NCBI GenBank assembly: GCA_016938095.1
Contig: JAFGVG010000191.1
Coordinates: 1-31,583, forward strand
Length of the DNA: 31,583 bases
DNA from: Bacteroidales bacterium
GTDB taxonomy: Bacteria > Bacteroidota > Bacteroidia > Bacteroidales > UBA10428
Direction: 5' to 3'
A program made the position numbers and the translations under genes. The notes under the pieces were generated by a model. The model ran no database searches. It saw nothing but the letters and a program-made list of their open reading frames with translations, and had not been told where the DNA came from. Below, piece by piece: positions 1-9,464 of the stretch; within the stretch, counting starts at the first letter, position 1, and every line of letters begins with the position of its first letter.

Positions 1-44
1 AAAGAATGAAAGAATGAAAGAATGAAAGAATGAAAGAATGAAAG
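1..44. repeat. 8-bp tandem repeat (AAAGAATG) x5.5, running off the window edge
   Basis: Bases 1-44 read aaagaatg five times followed by aaag. Confidence 0.97.
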
Positions 45-48
45 TAGT

Positions 49-69
49 ACTTGCCTATGGGCAGGCAGG
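49..69. repeat. REP-like short palindromic element (ACTTGCCTATGGGCAGGCAGG)
   Basis: Hairpin cttgcc-tatg-ggcagg at 50-65. It resembles the CCTGCCTnCCGGCAGGCAGG-type intergenic repeats I recall from Bacteroidota genomes. Copy number elsewhere cannot be seen. Confidence 0.55.
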
Positions 70-82
70 CCCAACACCCTAT

Positions 83-168
83 CGAACAAAAACACCGAAC
101 AAAGAACACCGAATGATGAATAACGAAGTAACCAGCACCCAGCACCCAGTAACCAGCACCCAGCCTCC
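83..168. repeat. Two adjacent degenerate 7-bp-period repeat tracts
   Basis: 83-130: cgaacaa/aaacac/cgaacaa/agaacac/cgaatga/tgaataa/cgaagta. 127-168: agtaacc/agcaccc/agcaccc/agtaacc/agcaccc/agcctcc. Confidence 0.8.
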
Positions 169-262
169 CCCCATAGCAAACAATCCATTGTGAATCAATA
201 ACAATTTAGGCAGTGATTTTCTAATTTTTTTTGTATCTTTAGTTTTTTACAAGGGAAAATTA

Positions 263-270
263 TACTTTTG
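263..270 (+). promoter_or_regulatory. Bacteroidota housekeeping promoter -7 box upstream of rpsA
   Basis: TACTTTTG matches TAnnTTTG, 55 nt before the ATG. No -33 TTTG at canonical spacing was found. Confidence 0.6.
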
Positions 271-325
271 CTGCTCGATTAAAACAACATAATGTCTAAT
301 TTATTAATTATTAATTTATTATTTA

Positions 326-2365
326 ATGACTGAAAATTTGGAAAACAACCTGGAGCAATCTTTGGAGCAGACAGAAAACCAGGTTCAGCAGGCAGGTGAT
401 TCGCAGGTGGTTGAAGCATCTGTTGAGGAACAGGAAACTGCAACTGTTGTTGCAGCAAAAAGTAAAACCAAATCCGGTGCAAAAAAGGCTGAGGCCCCTG
501 CCGAAGATTTGGGTGTTGAGTCGGATCCTTCGTTCGACTGGGGTAAGTATGAAGAAGGTGACTACCAGACCGAATTCAAGAAAACGGATCTGGAAAAAAT
601 GTATAACGATACACTGAGTGCTGTCAAGGTTAACGAAGTTGTCGATGGTACTGTTATTTCCATGAACAAGCGCGAAGTTGTTGTCAATATTGGCTACAAA
701 TCCGAAGGCGTTGTCAGTCTGAACGAATTCAGGTATGATCCTGATCTGAAGGCTGGTGACAAGGTTGAGGTGTATATTGAGAGTCAGGAAGACAAAAAAG
801 GTCAGCTGGTTCTTTCACATAAAAAGGCAAGGGCTTTGAAATCCTGGGATAGGGTGAATGAGTCGCTTGAAAAAGACGAAATTATCAAGGGTTACATCAA
901 ATGCCGCACGAAGGGTGGTATGATCGTCGATGTTTTTGGTATCGAAGCCTTTTTGCCCGGTTCGCAAATTGATGTTAAGCCCATTCGCGATTACGATATT
1001 TATGTGGGTAAAACCATGGAATTCAAAGTGGTTAAGATTAACCACGAGTTCAAAAACGTGGTGGTTTCTCACAAGGCTCTTATTGAAGCTGAACTTGAGC
1101 AGCAGAAGAAGGAAATCATTGCCAAGCTCGAAAAGGGACAAATCCTTGAAGGTACGGTTAAAAACATTACCTCCTATGGCGTGTTTATTGACCTCGGCGG
1201 CGTAGACGGATTAATACACATCACCGATCTTTCGTGGGGAAGAATCAATCATCCCGAGGAGATTGTTCAGCTCGATCAGAAACTGCAGGTTGTTATCCTC
1301 GATTTCGATGATGAGAAAAAGAGAATTGCACTCGGTTTGAAGCAACTTACCCCGCATCCTTGGGATTCACTTGATGCTGAACTTAAAGTAGGCGATAAGG
1401 TGAAAGGTCGCGTGGTTGTTATGGCCGATTACGGTGCTTTTATCGAAATAGCTACTGGCGTTGAAGGTCTGATCCATGTTTCCGAAATGTCATGGTCGCA
1501 ACATTTACGCAGTGCACAGGAATTCCTGAAAGTGGGTGACGAAGTGGAAGCTGTAATCCTTACACTCGACCGTGAGGAAAGGAAAATGTCGCTTGGCATG
1601 AAACAGCTTAAGACTGATCCATGGGAAAAGATTGAAGAAAAATACCCGCTGGGTAGCAGACATACCTCAAAAGTTCGTAACTTTACAAACTTCGGTGTTT
1701 TTGTTGAAATCGAAGAAGGTGTTGACGGCCTGATTCATATTTCGGACCTTTCCTGGACCAAAAAGATCAAGCATCCGGCTGAATTCACCAGCATCGGTGA
1801 AAATATCGAGGTTGTGGTTCTTGAAATTGACAAGGATAACAGGAGACTGAGTCTGGGTCATAAACAGCTGGAGGAAAACCCCTGGGATGTTTTTGAAACA
1901 GTGTTCACGGTTGATTCTGTTCACGAAGGAACCATCATTGAAATGACTGATAAAGGTGCTGTTGTTGCACTTCCTTATGGCGTGGAAGGTTTTGTTACAC
2001 CCAAACACCTGGTGAAGGAAGATGGAAAGGCAGCAAAACTCGAAGAAAAGTTGCCCTTTAAAGTCATTGAATTTTCAAAGGGATCCAAAAAGATCATTGT
2101 ATCTCACAGTAGGATCCACGAAGATGCCAGGCGTGCTGCTACGGAAGGTGAACGCAAGTCCACTGCTGACACCACAGCTAAAGCAACTAAAAAGCTGAAA
2201 ACCAGCATGGAAAAGACCACGCTGGGTGATATAACCGATTTGGCTGCTATTAAAACCGAAATGGAAAAGAAGGAGTCAAAGCGGAAGAAGGCTGAAAAGA
2301 AGGCTGCCGAAAAAGAAGAAACACCGGCAGATGATCAGGTTGAAAACCAGGCTGAAAACGAATAA
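326..2365 (+). CDS. rpsA: 30S ribosomal protein S1
   Basis: 679 aa with repeated S1 OB-fold motifs (GVFIDLGGVDGLIHITDLSW, GAFIEIATGVEGLIHVSEMSW, GVFVEIEEGVDGLIHISDLSW) and low-complexity N- and C-terminal tails. Confidence 0.98.
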   Translation: MTENLENNLEQSLEQTENQVQQAGDSQVVEASVEEQETATVVAAKSKTKSGAKKAEAPAEDLGVESDPSFDWGKYEEGDYQTEFKKTDLEKMYNDTLSAVKVNEVVDGTVISMNKREVVVNIGYKSEGVVSLNEFRYDPDLKAGDKVEVYIESQEDKKGQLVLSHKKARALKSWDRVNESLEKDEIIKGYIKCRTKGGMIVDVFGIEAFLPGSQIDVKPIRDYDIYVGKTMEFKVVKINHEFKNVVVSHKALIEAELEQQKKEIIAKLEKGQILEGTVKNITSYGVFIDLGGVDGLIHITDLSWGRINHPEEIVQLDQKLQVVILDFDDEKKRIALGLKQLTPHPWDSLDAELKVGDKVKGRVVVMADYGAFIEIATGVEGLIHVSEMSWSQHLRSAQEFLKVGDEVEAVILTLDREERKMSLGMKQLKTDPWEKIEEKYPLGSRHTSKVRNFTNFGVFVEIEEGVDGLIHISDLSWTKKIKHPAEFTSIGENIEVVVLEIDKDNRRLSLGHKQLEENPWDVFETVFTVDSVHEGTIIEMTDKGAVVALPYGVEGFVTPKHLVKEDGKAAKLEEKLPFKVIEFSKGSKKIIVSHSRIHEDARRAATEGERKSTADTTAKATKKLKTSMEKTTLGDITDLAAIKTEMEKKESKRKKAEKKAAEKEETPADDQVENQAENE

Positions 2366-2391
2366 AAATAACATAAATTAATTCTTTCATC

Positions 2392-2742
2392 ATGGAATTC
2401 AAAATCGAAAAGCTCCAGAATTATACTTTAATTCAGGTGTTAGAGGAGAAGCTGGATACACATATTGCACCGACACTGAAATCGGAGCTTGTGCTGGTTT
2501 CCGGTAACGGTGAGAAAAACATTATCCTAGACTTGAGTAAGTGCCGATACTGTGATTCATCGGGGCTTAGTGCGATTTTGGTGGCAAACAGGTTGTGCAA
2601 AAACGCCAATGGCATATTTGTGCTTACCGGTTTAAACGATGCGGTTGAGAGGCTGATTACCATTTCTCAGCTCGATACGGTGCTGAACATTGCTGGTTCC
2701 GTTGATGAAGCAGAAAAGCTTTTTGCTGAAGCCGGAAATTAG
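2392..2742 (+). CDS. STAS-domain anti-sigma-factor antagonist (SpoIIAA/RsbV-like)
   Basis: 116 aa; IILDLSKCRYCDSSGLSAIL carries the DSSG phospho-Ser motif. Confidence 0.88.
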   Translation: MEFKIEKLQNYTLIQVLEEKLDTHIAPTLKSELVLVSGNGEKNIILDLSKCRYCDSSGLSAILVANRLCKNANGIFVLTGLNDAVERLITISQLDTVLNIAGSVDEAEKLFAEAGN

Positions 2743-2758
2743 ACTGATCATATATAGT

Positions 2759-3697
2759 ATGCCTTTTACTATTACGGTGTTGGGTAGTAGTTCAGCTATT
2801 CCCACATCGACAAGATTTTCAACCGCTCAGGTACTTAATGTACATGAGCGGTTTTTTTTAATTGATTGTGGTGAAGGCGCCCAGATTCAACTCCGTCGTT
2901 TCGGGATTAACCCTGCCAGAATCAACCATATATTTATCAGTCATCTGCATGGTGATCACCTTTTTGGCCTTTTTGGTTTGTTTTCGTCGTATACCTTACT
3001 GGGCCGAAAGAACGACTTGCATGTTTATGCCCACAAAAACCTTGAAGTTACCATTGACCACTACCGGCGTTATTTTGGCGAAGGCATGACATACCAAATT
3101 GTATTTCATCCATTTGTAGCTGTAAAACAAACAGAAATATACAGCGATAAGCATATGACTGTTGAGCTGTTGCCTTTGCGGCATAGTGTGCCGGTGGCCG
3201 GGTTCATCTTCAGGGAAAAACCAGCGTTATTAAACTTGCGTAAGGAGGCCATTGAAAAGTATAATTTGGGTATACGCGAAATCAGGCGCATCAAGGAGGG
3301 AATGGACCTGACTGGTACTGACGGTGAAACTATTCCCAATGCAGAACTCACTCTCCCTCCTATAAAACCAAGGTCTTACGCCTTTTGTACAGATACATCC
3401 TGCTTTTCAAAGTTGGTTCCCGCACTTTCCGGCATGGATATGCTTTATTTTGAGGCTACTTTTTCCGAAAAGGATAAAAAACTGGCTAAAATTACCGGCC
3501 ATTCAACCTCTGCCCAGGCTGCAAATCTGGCCAAAAAGGCTGGGGTTGGCAAACTGCTTATTGGTCATTTTTCCACCCGTTATAAAAGCATCAACGGCCT
3601 GCTTAAAGAAGCCAGGGATATCTTTCCTGAAACCTATGCGGTGGCCGATGGTGATAGATATGAACTGAAACAGGAAAGACTGGGCCGGCACCTATAA
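2759..3697 (+). CDS. rnz: Ribonuclease Z (tRNA 3' endonuclease, metallo-beta-lactamase fold)
   Basis: ITVLGSSSAIP, LIDCGEG, HLHGDHLFGL, YAFCTDT and GHST motifs. Start moved from the ORF-track 2690 to ATG 2759 to avoid overlapping the STAS gene. Confidence 0.93.
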   Translation: MPFTITVLGSSSAIPTSTRFSTAQVLNVHERFFLIDCGEGAQIQLRRFGINPARINHIFISHLHGDHLFGLFGLFSSYTLLGRKNDLHVYAHKNLEVTIDHYRRYFGEGMTYQIVFHPFVAVKQTEIYSDKHMTVELLPLRHSVPVAGFIFREKPALLNLRKEAIEKYNLGIREIRRIKEGMDLTGTDGETIPNAELTLPPIKPRSYAFCTDTSCFSKLVPALSGMDMLYFEATFSEKDKKLAKITGHSTSAQAANLAKKAGVGKLLIGHFSTRYKSINGLLKEARDIFPETYAVADGDRYELKQERLGRHL

Positions 3698-3703
3698 TTA
3701 TAA

Positions 3704-3711
3704 TATATTTG
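3704..3711 (+). promoter_or_regulatory. -7 promoter box upstream of guaA
   Basis: TATATTTG matches TAnnTTTG, 22 nt before the ATG. Confidence 0.6.
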
Positions 3712-3733
3712 CCCATTAAACTGAGTAACACAA

Positions 3734-5266
3734 ATGGTAACAGAGAAGATTATTATTCTTGATTTTGGTTCGCAATACACCCAATTGATCGCGCGCAGGG
3801 TTAGAGAATTAAATGTATATTGTGAGATATGGCCTTTTAATTCAGCAAATAAGATCGACAGTGGGGTTAAGGGGGTTATCCTTTCCGGAAGTCCTTCGTC
3901 GGTGCGAGATATAAATGCACCCAAACCTGATCTGACAGCTGTAAAAGGGAAACTGCCGCTGTTGGGTATCTGTTACGGTGCCCAGTACCTTTCGCATTAC
4001 TTTGGTGGTGAGGTTGCACCGTCAGATAGCCGTGAATATGGCCGGGCTTCACTTGATATAACTGTACCCTCGAGTCGTTTGTTTGGCAGTATGAACAGTG
4101 GTATGCAGGTTTGGATGTCACATGGTGATACCATTGTGCGATTGCCGGAGAAATATACGATAACCGGAAGCACACACGATGTCAGCATTGGTGCATTTGA
4201 GGCAGAGGGTGAAGATACCTTTGGCATTCAGTTTCACCCCGAAGTTTATCATACTACCGAAGGACTGCAATTGCTGAAGAATTTTGTAGTTGATATCTGT
4301 GGCTGTCAGCAGAGCTGGACGCCGGAATCGTTCATTGCCGAAACCATTAGAAATCTGCAGGATACGTTACAGGACGATAAGGTTGTTCTCGGTCTGTCGG
4401 GTGGCGTTGATTCATCCGTTGCTGCTGTGTTGCTTCATAAAGCAATTGGTAATAAGCTTCATTGTATTTTCGTTGACAATGGATTGTTACGCAAAAACGA
4501 ATTTGCCAGCGTAATGAATTCATATCAGCACATGGGCCTTAATGTGCGCGGTGTTGATGCCAGGGATATGTTCCTGGGCGCCCTCAGTGGTATAGAAGAT
4601 CCCGAACAGAAAAGAAAAAGCATTGGAAAGCAGTTTATAGAAGTTTTTGAGCATGAGGCCCGTAAAATTCAGGGTGCCAAATGGCTGGCCCAGGGAACCA
4701 TTTACCCCGATGTTATTGAATCGGTATCGGTTAACGGACCCTCGGTGACCATTAAGTCGCACCATAACGTGGGTGGCTTGCCTGAAAAAATGAACCTTAT
4801 GGTTATTGAGCCCCTTAAATTATTATTTAAAGACGAAGTAAGAAGGGTGGGGAAAGCCCTGGCCATTGATCCGGTTATACTGAACCGTCATCCATTTCCC
4901 GGACCAGGGCTGGCCATTAGAATCATAAGTGATGTTACCCCCGAAAAGGTTAGCATGTTGCAGGAAGTGGACGATATTTTCATCAAAGGCCTCATGGAAT
5001 ATGAATTGTACGATAAGGTTTGGCAGGCAGCAGCTATTCTGTTACCGGTCCGATCGGTTGGTGTTATGGGTGACGAGCGGACTTATGAAAGCGTTGTCGC
5101 ACTGCGTGCTGTAACATCCACCGATGGCATGACGGCCGACTGGGCACATTTACCGTATGAATTCCTTGGCCATATCTCAAACCGCATTATCAATAAAGTA
5201 AAAGGAGTTAACCGGGTGGTTTTTGATATCAGTTCAAAACCACCTGCAACCATTGAATGGGAATAA
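3734..5266 (+). CDS. guaA: GMP synthase (glutamine-hydrolysing)
   Basis: [21 protein letters not shown] (catalytic Cys), [33 protein letters not shown] and C-terminal [10 protein letters not shown]. Confidence 0.99.
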   Translation: MVTEKIIILDFGSQYTQLIARRVRELNVYCEIWPFNSANKIDSGVKGVILSGSPSSVRDINAPKPDLTAVKGKLPLLGICYGAQYLSHYFGGEVAPSDSREYGRASLDITVPSSRLFGSMNSGMQVWMSHGDTIVRLPEKYTITGSTHDVSIGAFEAEGEDTFGIQFHPEVYHTTEGLQLLKNFVVDICGCQQSWTPESFIAETIRNLQDTLQDDKVVLGLSGGVDSSVAAVLLHKAIGNKLHCIFVDNGLLRKNEFASVMNSYQHMGLNVRGVDARDMFLGALSGIEDPEQKRKSIGKQFIEVFEHEARKIQGAKWLAQGTIYPDVIESVSVNGPSVTIKSHHNVGGLPEKMNLMVIEPLKLLFKDEVRRVGKALAIDPVILNRHPFPGPGLAIRIISDVTPEKVSMLQEVDDIFIKGLMEYELYDKVWQAAAILLPVRSVGVMGDERTYESVVALRAVTSTDGMTADWAHLPYEFLGHISNRIINKVKGVNRVVFDISSKPPATIEWE

Positions 5267-5314
5267 ACGTATCAGTAAAGTTGGCGTTTTATTTTAAATA
5301 ATTTGGGGAAGATT

Positions 5315-6913
5315 ATGAGCAGGTTGAGAATTTTCTGGGTAATTATATGCATAACAGGCTGTTTGTCAGGGTTGAATGCTCAATTATTTAATGAGCAGAC
5401 CTATAAGTTTGGCAAAGTATTGGAGTGGATTGACGAATACTATGTCGATTCGGTAAATCAGCCCGAACTGGTTGAGCACGCAATCACCGCCCTGTTAAAG
5501 GAACTCGATCCACATTCGTCTTACCTGAGCAGCGAAGAAGTTTCAGCCATGAATGAACCCTTGCAGGGTAACTTCGAGGGCATAGGGGTATCGTTCAATA
5601 TACTGGATGATACTGTATATGTTATTGCCCCAATAACAGATGGCCCTTCTGATAAGGCGGGTATACATCGCGGCGACCGTATAGTGAAGGTAGATGATAA
5701 AAATGTGGCTGGTGTGGGCATAACAACCGAACAGGTATATACAATGCTCAGGGGGAAAAAAGGATCGCATGTAAAGCTTACGATACAGCGACGAGGCGTA
5801 CCCGGTTATGTTGATTTTGATATTTCCAGGGATAAGATACCTATTTACAGTGTTGAGGCTGCATATAAAGCAGATGATGAAATCGGCTATATTAAAATTA
5901 ACCGGTTTTCGATGACTACCCTCGATGAATACAGCCGGGCAATTGCCAAATTAAAAGACGATGGGGTGAAAGACCTTATTCTTGATCTTACCGGAAACGG
6001 AGGAGGTTACCTCGAAGTAGCCATCCGGTTGGCTGATCATTTTCTCGACGCCGGTAAGCTGATATTGTACACCGAAGGTGTCAACAGTCCGCGTAAAGAA
6101 TACACGGCTACCCGCGAAGGTAACTTCGAAAAGGGTAAACTGGTTGTTCTCATCGACGAGGGTTCTGCATCAGCCAGTGAAATCCTTTCGGGTGCCATAC
6201 AGGATTGGGACCGTGGCATCATCATCGGCCGGCGATCCTATGGCAAAGGACTGGTGCAAAAGCCTTTACTGTTACCCGATCAGTCGATGATCCGGCTTAC
6301 CATTGCCAAATATTATACCCCAACCGGAAGGCTGATTCAAAAGCCATACAACATGAGCCGCGATGAGTATGAGAAAGACCTGCTTAACCGGTATAATCAT
6401 GGTGAATTTGTACATCGCGACAGCATTCACTTTCCTGATTCACTTAAGTATTATACACTTAAAAATACCCGGCCGGTATACGGTGGAGGCGGTATTATGC
6501 CCGACTACTTTGTATCGCTCGATACCAGTCATTATTCCGATTATTACAGGCAGCTGAACCGGAACAGGGTCATTGATCAGTTTGTTCTGAAGTATGTCGA
6601 CCGGAACCGGAAACAATTGCTTCAGGCTTATCCTGATATGGAAATTTTCAATGCGGGTTTTTCGCCTGATGAATCTTTTATGAGCCGGTTTTTCACATTT
6701 GCCGAAGAAAAAGGCGTGTCGTATAACGAAAAGGAATATACGCAATCTGCCGAACAGATTAAGATGTTACTGAAGGCTTATATTGCCCGCGACCTGTGGT
6801 CGACCAGTGAGTTTTATGAAATCAGCAACTTATACGATCCCAAATTCGAAACAGCTCTTACGGTTTTAAAAAACTGGGATAAGTACGATGCCATGCTGCT
6901 TAATGAAAAATAG
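5315..6913 (+). CDS. S41A C-terminal processing protease (CtpA/Prc family), exported
   Basis: Signal peptide, PDZ entry FEGIGV, DLTGNGGGYL, DEGSASASEI (catalytic Ser) and GKGLVQ (catalytic Lys). ATG 5315 preferred over TTG 5303. Confidence 0.93.
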   Translation: MSRLRIFWVIICITGCLSGLNAQLFNEQTYKFGKVLEWIDEYYVDSVNQPELVEHAITALLKELDPHSSYLSSEEVSAMNEPLQGNFEGIGVSFNILDDTVYVIAPITDGPSDKAGIHRGDRIVKVDDKNVAGVGITTEQVYTMLRGKKGSHVKLTIQRRGVPGYVDFDISRDKIPIYSVEAAYKADDEIGYIKINRFSMTTLDEYSRAIAKLKDDGVKDLILDLTGNGGGYLEVAIRLADHFLDAGKLILYTEGVNSPRKEYTATREGNFEKGKLVVLIDEGSASASEILSGAIQDWDRGIIIGRRSYGKGLVQKPLLLPDQSMIRLTIAKYYTPTGRLIQKPYNMSRDEYEKDLLNRYNHGEFVHRDSIHFPDSLKYYTLKNTRPVYGGGGIMPDYFVSLDTSHYSDYYRQLNRNRVIDQFVLKYVDRNRKQLLQAYPDMEIFNAGFSPDESFMSRFFTFAEEKGVSYNEKEYTQSAEQIKMLLKAYIARDLWSTSEFYEISNLYDPKFETALTVLKNWDKYDAMLLNEK

Positions 6914-6916
6914 CCA

Positions 6917-7531
6917 ATGACCTGGTCCGGACTATTGTCGTGGCTTCACCTGCATTACATTGAGCTGCTAGCTGTAATTACAGGATTACTGTACCTGTTA
7001 TATGCCATCAGGGAAAAACCTGTTTTATGGTTATTCGGAATTATTTCGTCGGCTTTGTATGTATGGGTGTTTTATCATTGTGGAATTTACGCCTATACCC
7101 TGTTATATATTTATTATGTTATTATAGGGTTTTACGGCTGGTATAACTGGTTGAAACCTGTTAAAAAACCCGAAGGGGACAAGGCTCTTCCTTTAAGATA
7201 TGCTGCACGTAAAGAACTTATTATTTATCTGCTCATTATTGTTGTAACGGCTGTACCTGTATATATTGCGTTGAAGAAATTTTCGGATTCAGATATGGCC
7301 CTTGTGGATGCTATGCTGGCAGCCTCAGGGATGGTAGCCACCTGGATGCTAACGCAAAAGCTGATTGATCAGTGGTTGTTTTGGATTGTTATTGATTTGT
7401 TGACGGTAGCTGTGATGATTTATAAAGGTTTAAATCCAAGTGCATTGCTTTTTGTGGCCTACACCCTGTTGGCTATTAACGGATACTTTCGATGGAGAAA
7501 AGAATACAAGGCCGGTCAGGTTCAGAACTGA
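6917..7531 (+). CDS. pnuC: PnuC-family nicotinamide riboside transporter
   Basis: Hydrophobic 204 aa with GFYGWYNW and ATWMLTQK...QWLFWIVID motifs; adjacent to a NadR-type kinase. Confidence 0.88.
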   Translation: MTWSGLLSWLHLHYIELLAVITGLLYLLYAIREKPVLWLFGIISSALYVWVFYHCGIYAYTLLYIYYVIIGFYGWYNWLKPVKKPEGDKALPLRYAARKELIIYLLIIVVTAVPVYIALKKFSDSDMALVDAMLAASGMVATWMLTQKLIDQWLFWIVIDLLTVAVMIYKGLNPSALLFVAYTLLAINGYFRWRKEYKAGQVQN

Positions 7532-8049
7532 CCCGGGTGGTAATAACCGGACCCGAATGTACCGGAAAATCCACACTGACAGTCCTGCTCACCGAACATT
7601 TCGGAGGGCGATACGTTCCTGAATATGCCAGGGAATATATTGCAGGACTTGGCCACAGCTATACCCGTGATGATGTGCTGCATATTGCCAAAAGACAGGT
7701 TGATGAAGTCAATGCTGCTACCCATGGTTTGGTTTTTTATGACACCTACTTAATCATTACTAAGGTATGGCTTGATGTAGTTTTTGGACAACATCCGCAA
7801 TGGATTGATGATGAGATCAGGAAGAAAAAAATTGATCTTTATCTGCTGTGTGATACCAGTATTCCCTGGGAACCCGATCCGGTAAGAGAGAACGGCGGCG
7901 AAATGCGCGAAAAGTTGTATCTTAGATACCTTGATGAATTGGAAAATTGCAACTGCAATTACGAAATTATTACAGGCGTAGGGAATGATCGCACTAACAG
8001 GGCCATAGGAGCAGTTTCGTCATGGCTGAATTCCGTTCGCCATATTTAA
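7492..8049 (+). CDS. NadR-like P-loop kinase (AAA_28; probable ribosylnicotinamide kinase), no NMN adenylyltransferase domain
   Basis: Walker A GPECTGKSTL, VPEYAREY, and DLYLLCDTSIPWEPDPVRE. The start is uncertain (ATG 7492 or CTG 7528). Confidence 0.82.
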   Translation: MEKRIQGRSGSELTRVVITGPECTGKSTLTVLLTEHFGGRYVPEYAREYIAGLGHSYTRDDVLHIAKRQVDEVNAATHGLVFYDTYLIITKVWLDVVFGQHPQWIDDEIRKKKIDLYLLCDTSIPWEPDPVRENGGEMREKLYLRYLDELENCNCNYEIITGVGNDRTNRAIGAVSSWLNSVRHI

Positions 8050-8065
8050 AACACAAGAATTAACT

Positions 8066-9208
8066 ATGCCAGAATACGTAGCCAAAACCTTGTTTGGTCT
8101 GGAGGGGGTACTTGCAGAGGAATTGCAGGCACTTGGTGCCGGTGATGTAAAAACCCTCACCCGGGCAGTTTCATTTACCGGCGATAAGCGAATGCTTTAC
8201 AAAGCCAATTATCATTTGCGAACAGCACTGAAAATACTCGTTCCGGTGAAAGAAGGGGAAATAAAAAATGAACAGGAGCTCTATCAGTTTGTGCGCAGTA
8301 TTAACTGGGACCGGTATATGGGAGTTAATGACACACTGGCTGTTGATGTGGCCATGAAAACACCTCTTTTCACACACACACAATATATTGCGCAAAAAAT
8401 TAAAGATGCGGTGGTGGATCAGTTTCGCGACAAATATGGAAGCCGGCCATCGGTTGACCTTGATAAGCCTTCGTTACGGATTAATGCCTTTATAAGCGAC
8501 AGGAATATTGTAATTTCGCGCGACAGCAGTGGTGATTCGTTGCATCGGCGTGGCTACAGGGTACGCCAAGGCCCTGCACCCCTGAATGAAGTGTTGGCAG
8601 CAGGTCTGGTGAAGCTTTCGGGCTGGCCTGGCAATATACCACTGATTGATTTTATGTGCGGATCGGGTACCATTGCTATTGAAGCTGCCATGATGGCACT
8701 CGACCTGCCTCCGGGAGATCTTCGGGAACATTATGGGTTTCAGCAATGGAGAGACTATGAACCCGCACTCTTTAACCAGGTAGCTGTAGTTGAGCGTAAA
8801 ACCTCTCTAACTGCTGATTTAATCTTTGCATCTGATATATCAGCCGAGGCTGTGCAACTGGCGCAAAGGCATGCCCGTAATGCAGGTGTGTTGCGTGCTA
8901 TAAGGTTTTCAACCTGTCCGTTTAATGATTTCCAGCCTCCTTCGGCACCCGGGATGGTGATCATAAATCCTCCCTACGGCGAAAGGATAGTACAGCAAAA
9001 TTTAGAAGATTTATACACCAGCATCGGCAATCAGTTGAAAAAGTCCTATGCCGGATTTGATGCCTGGATTATCAGCAACAATGCCGAAGCTATGAAACAT
9101 GTCGGACTAAGACCCTCGCCAAAAATTGTTGTTTACAACGGGCAGCTGGAATGCAGGTTTAACCGCTATTCGCTCTATGCAGGCTCAAAAAAACAGCCAA
9201 AATCTTAG
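8066..9208 (+). CDS. THUMP-domain RNA methyltransferase (stand-alone RlmL/YpsC-like, probable 23S rRNA m2G)
   Basis: KTLFGLEGVLAEEL, SSGDSLHRRGYR, APLNEVLAAG, DFMCGSGTIAIEAA (SAM motif I) and INPPYGER. Confidence 0.9.
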   Translation: MPEYVAKTLFGLEGVLAEELQALGAGDVKTLTRAVSFTGDKRMLYKANYHLRTALKILVPVKEGEIKNEQELYQFVRSINWDRYMGVNDTLAVDVAMKTPLFTHTQYIAQKIKDAVVDQFRDKYGSRPSVDLDKPSLRINAFISDRNIVISRDSSGDSLHRRGYRVRQGPAPLNEVLAAGLVKLSGWPGNIPLIDFMCGSGTIAIEAAMMALDLPPGDLREHYGFQQWRDYEPALFNQVAVVERKTSLTADLIFASDISAEAVQLAQRHARNAGVLRAIRFSTCPFNDFQPPSAPGMVIINPPYGERIVQQNLEDLYTSIGNQLKKSYAGFDAWIISNNAEAMKHVGLRPSPKIVVYNGQLECRFNRYSLYAGSKKQPKS

Positions 9209-9414
9209 GTTTCGTAAACATATTTCAGCATTCTATCAACAATAATGGCATGGTTAAGTAATTCCGCTTAATTTTCGCAACACTATACATAAAAATTCGT
9301 TCCATATGTGAATGATAATTGAAAAATGGCTAATTTTAGAAAGGAACAGGTGTTGTAATTCAATCCAAACCAATTCTTTCAAAATGTGTTAATTTTTTCA
9401 AGCATTTTTTTTTA

Positions 9415-9422
9415 TATATTTG
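9415..9422 (+). promoter_or_regulatory. -7 promoter box upstream of siaB
   Basis: TATATTTG matches TAnnTTTG within a 256-nt AT-rich intergenic region. Confidence 0.55.
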
Positions 9423-9464
9423 TTGACTGATCATTTTCACGGAATATAAGCAACCCGGCCTTTT

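Noticed and set aside
1-168. CRISPR array
   Set aside because: Repeat units are 7-8 bp and contiguous, with no unique spacers and no cas genes.
9251-9266. Second sigma54-like element upstream of siaB (TGGTTAAGTAATTCCG), similar to the clpB one
   Set aside because: It lacks the essential -12 GC (reads CC), lies about 200 nt from the ATG, and a TAnnTTTG box is present closer to the gene.
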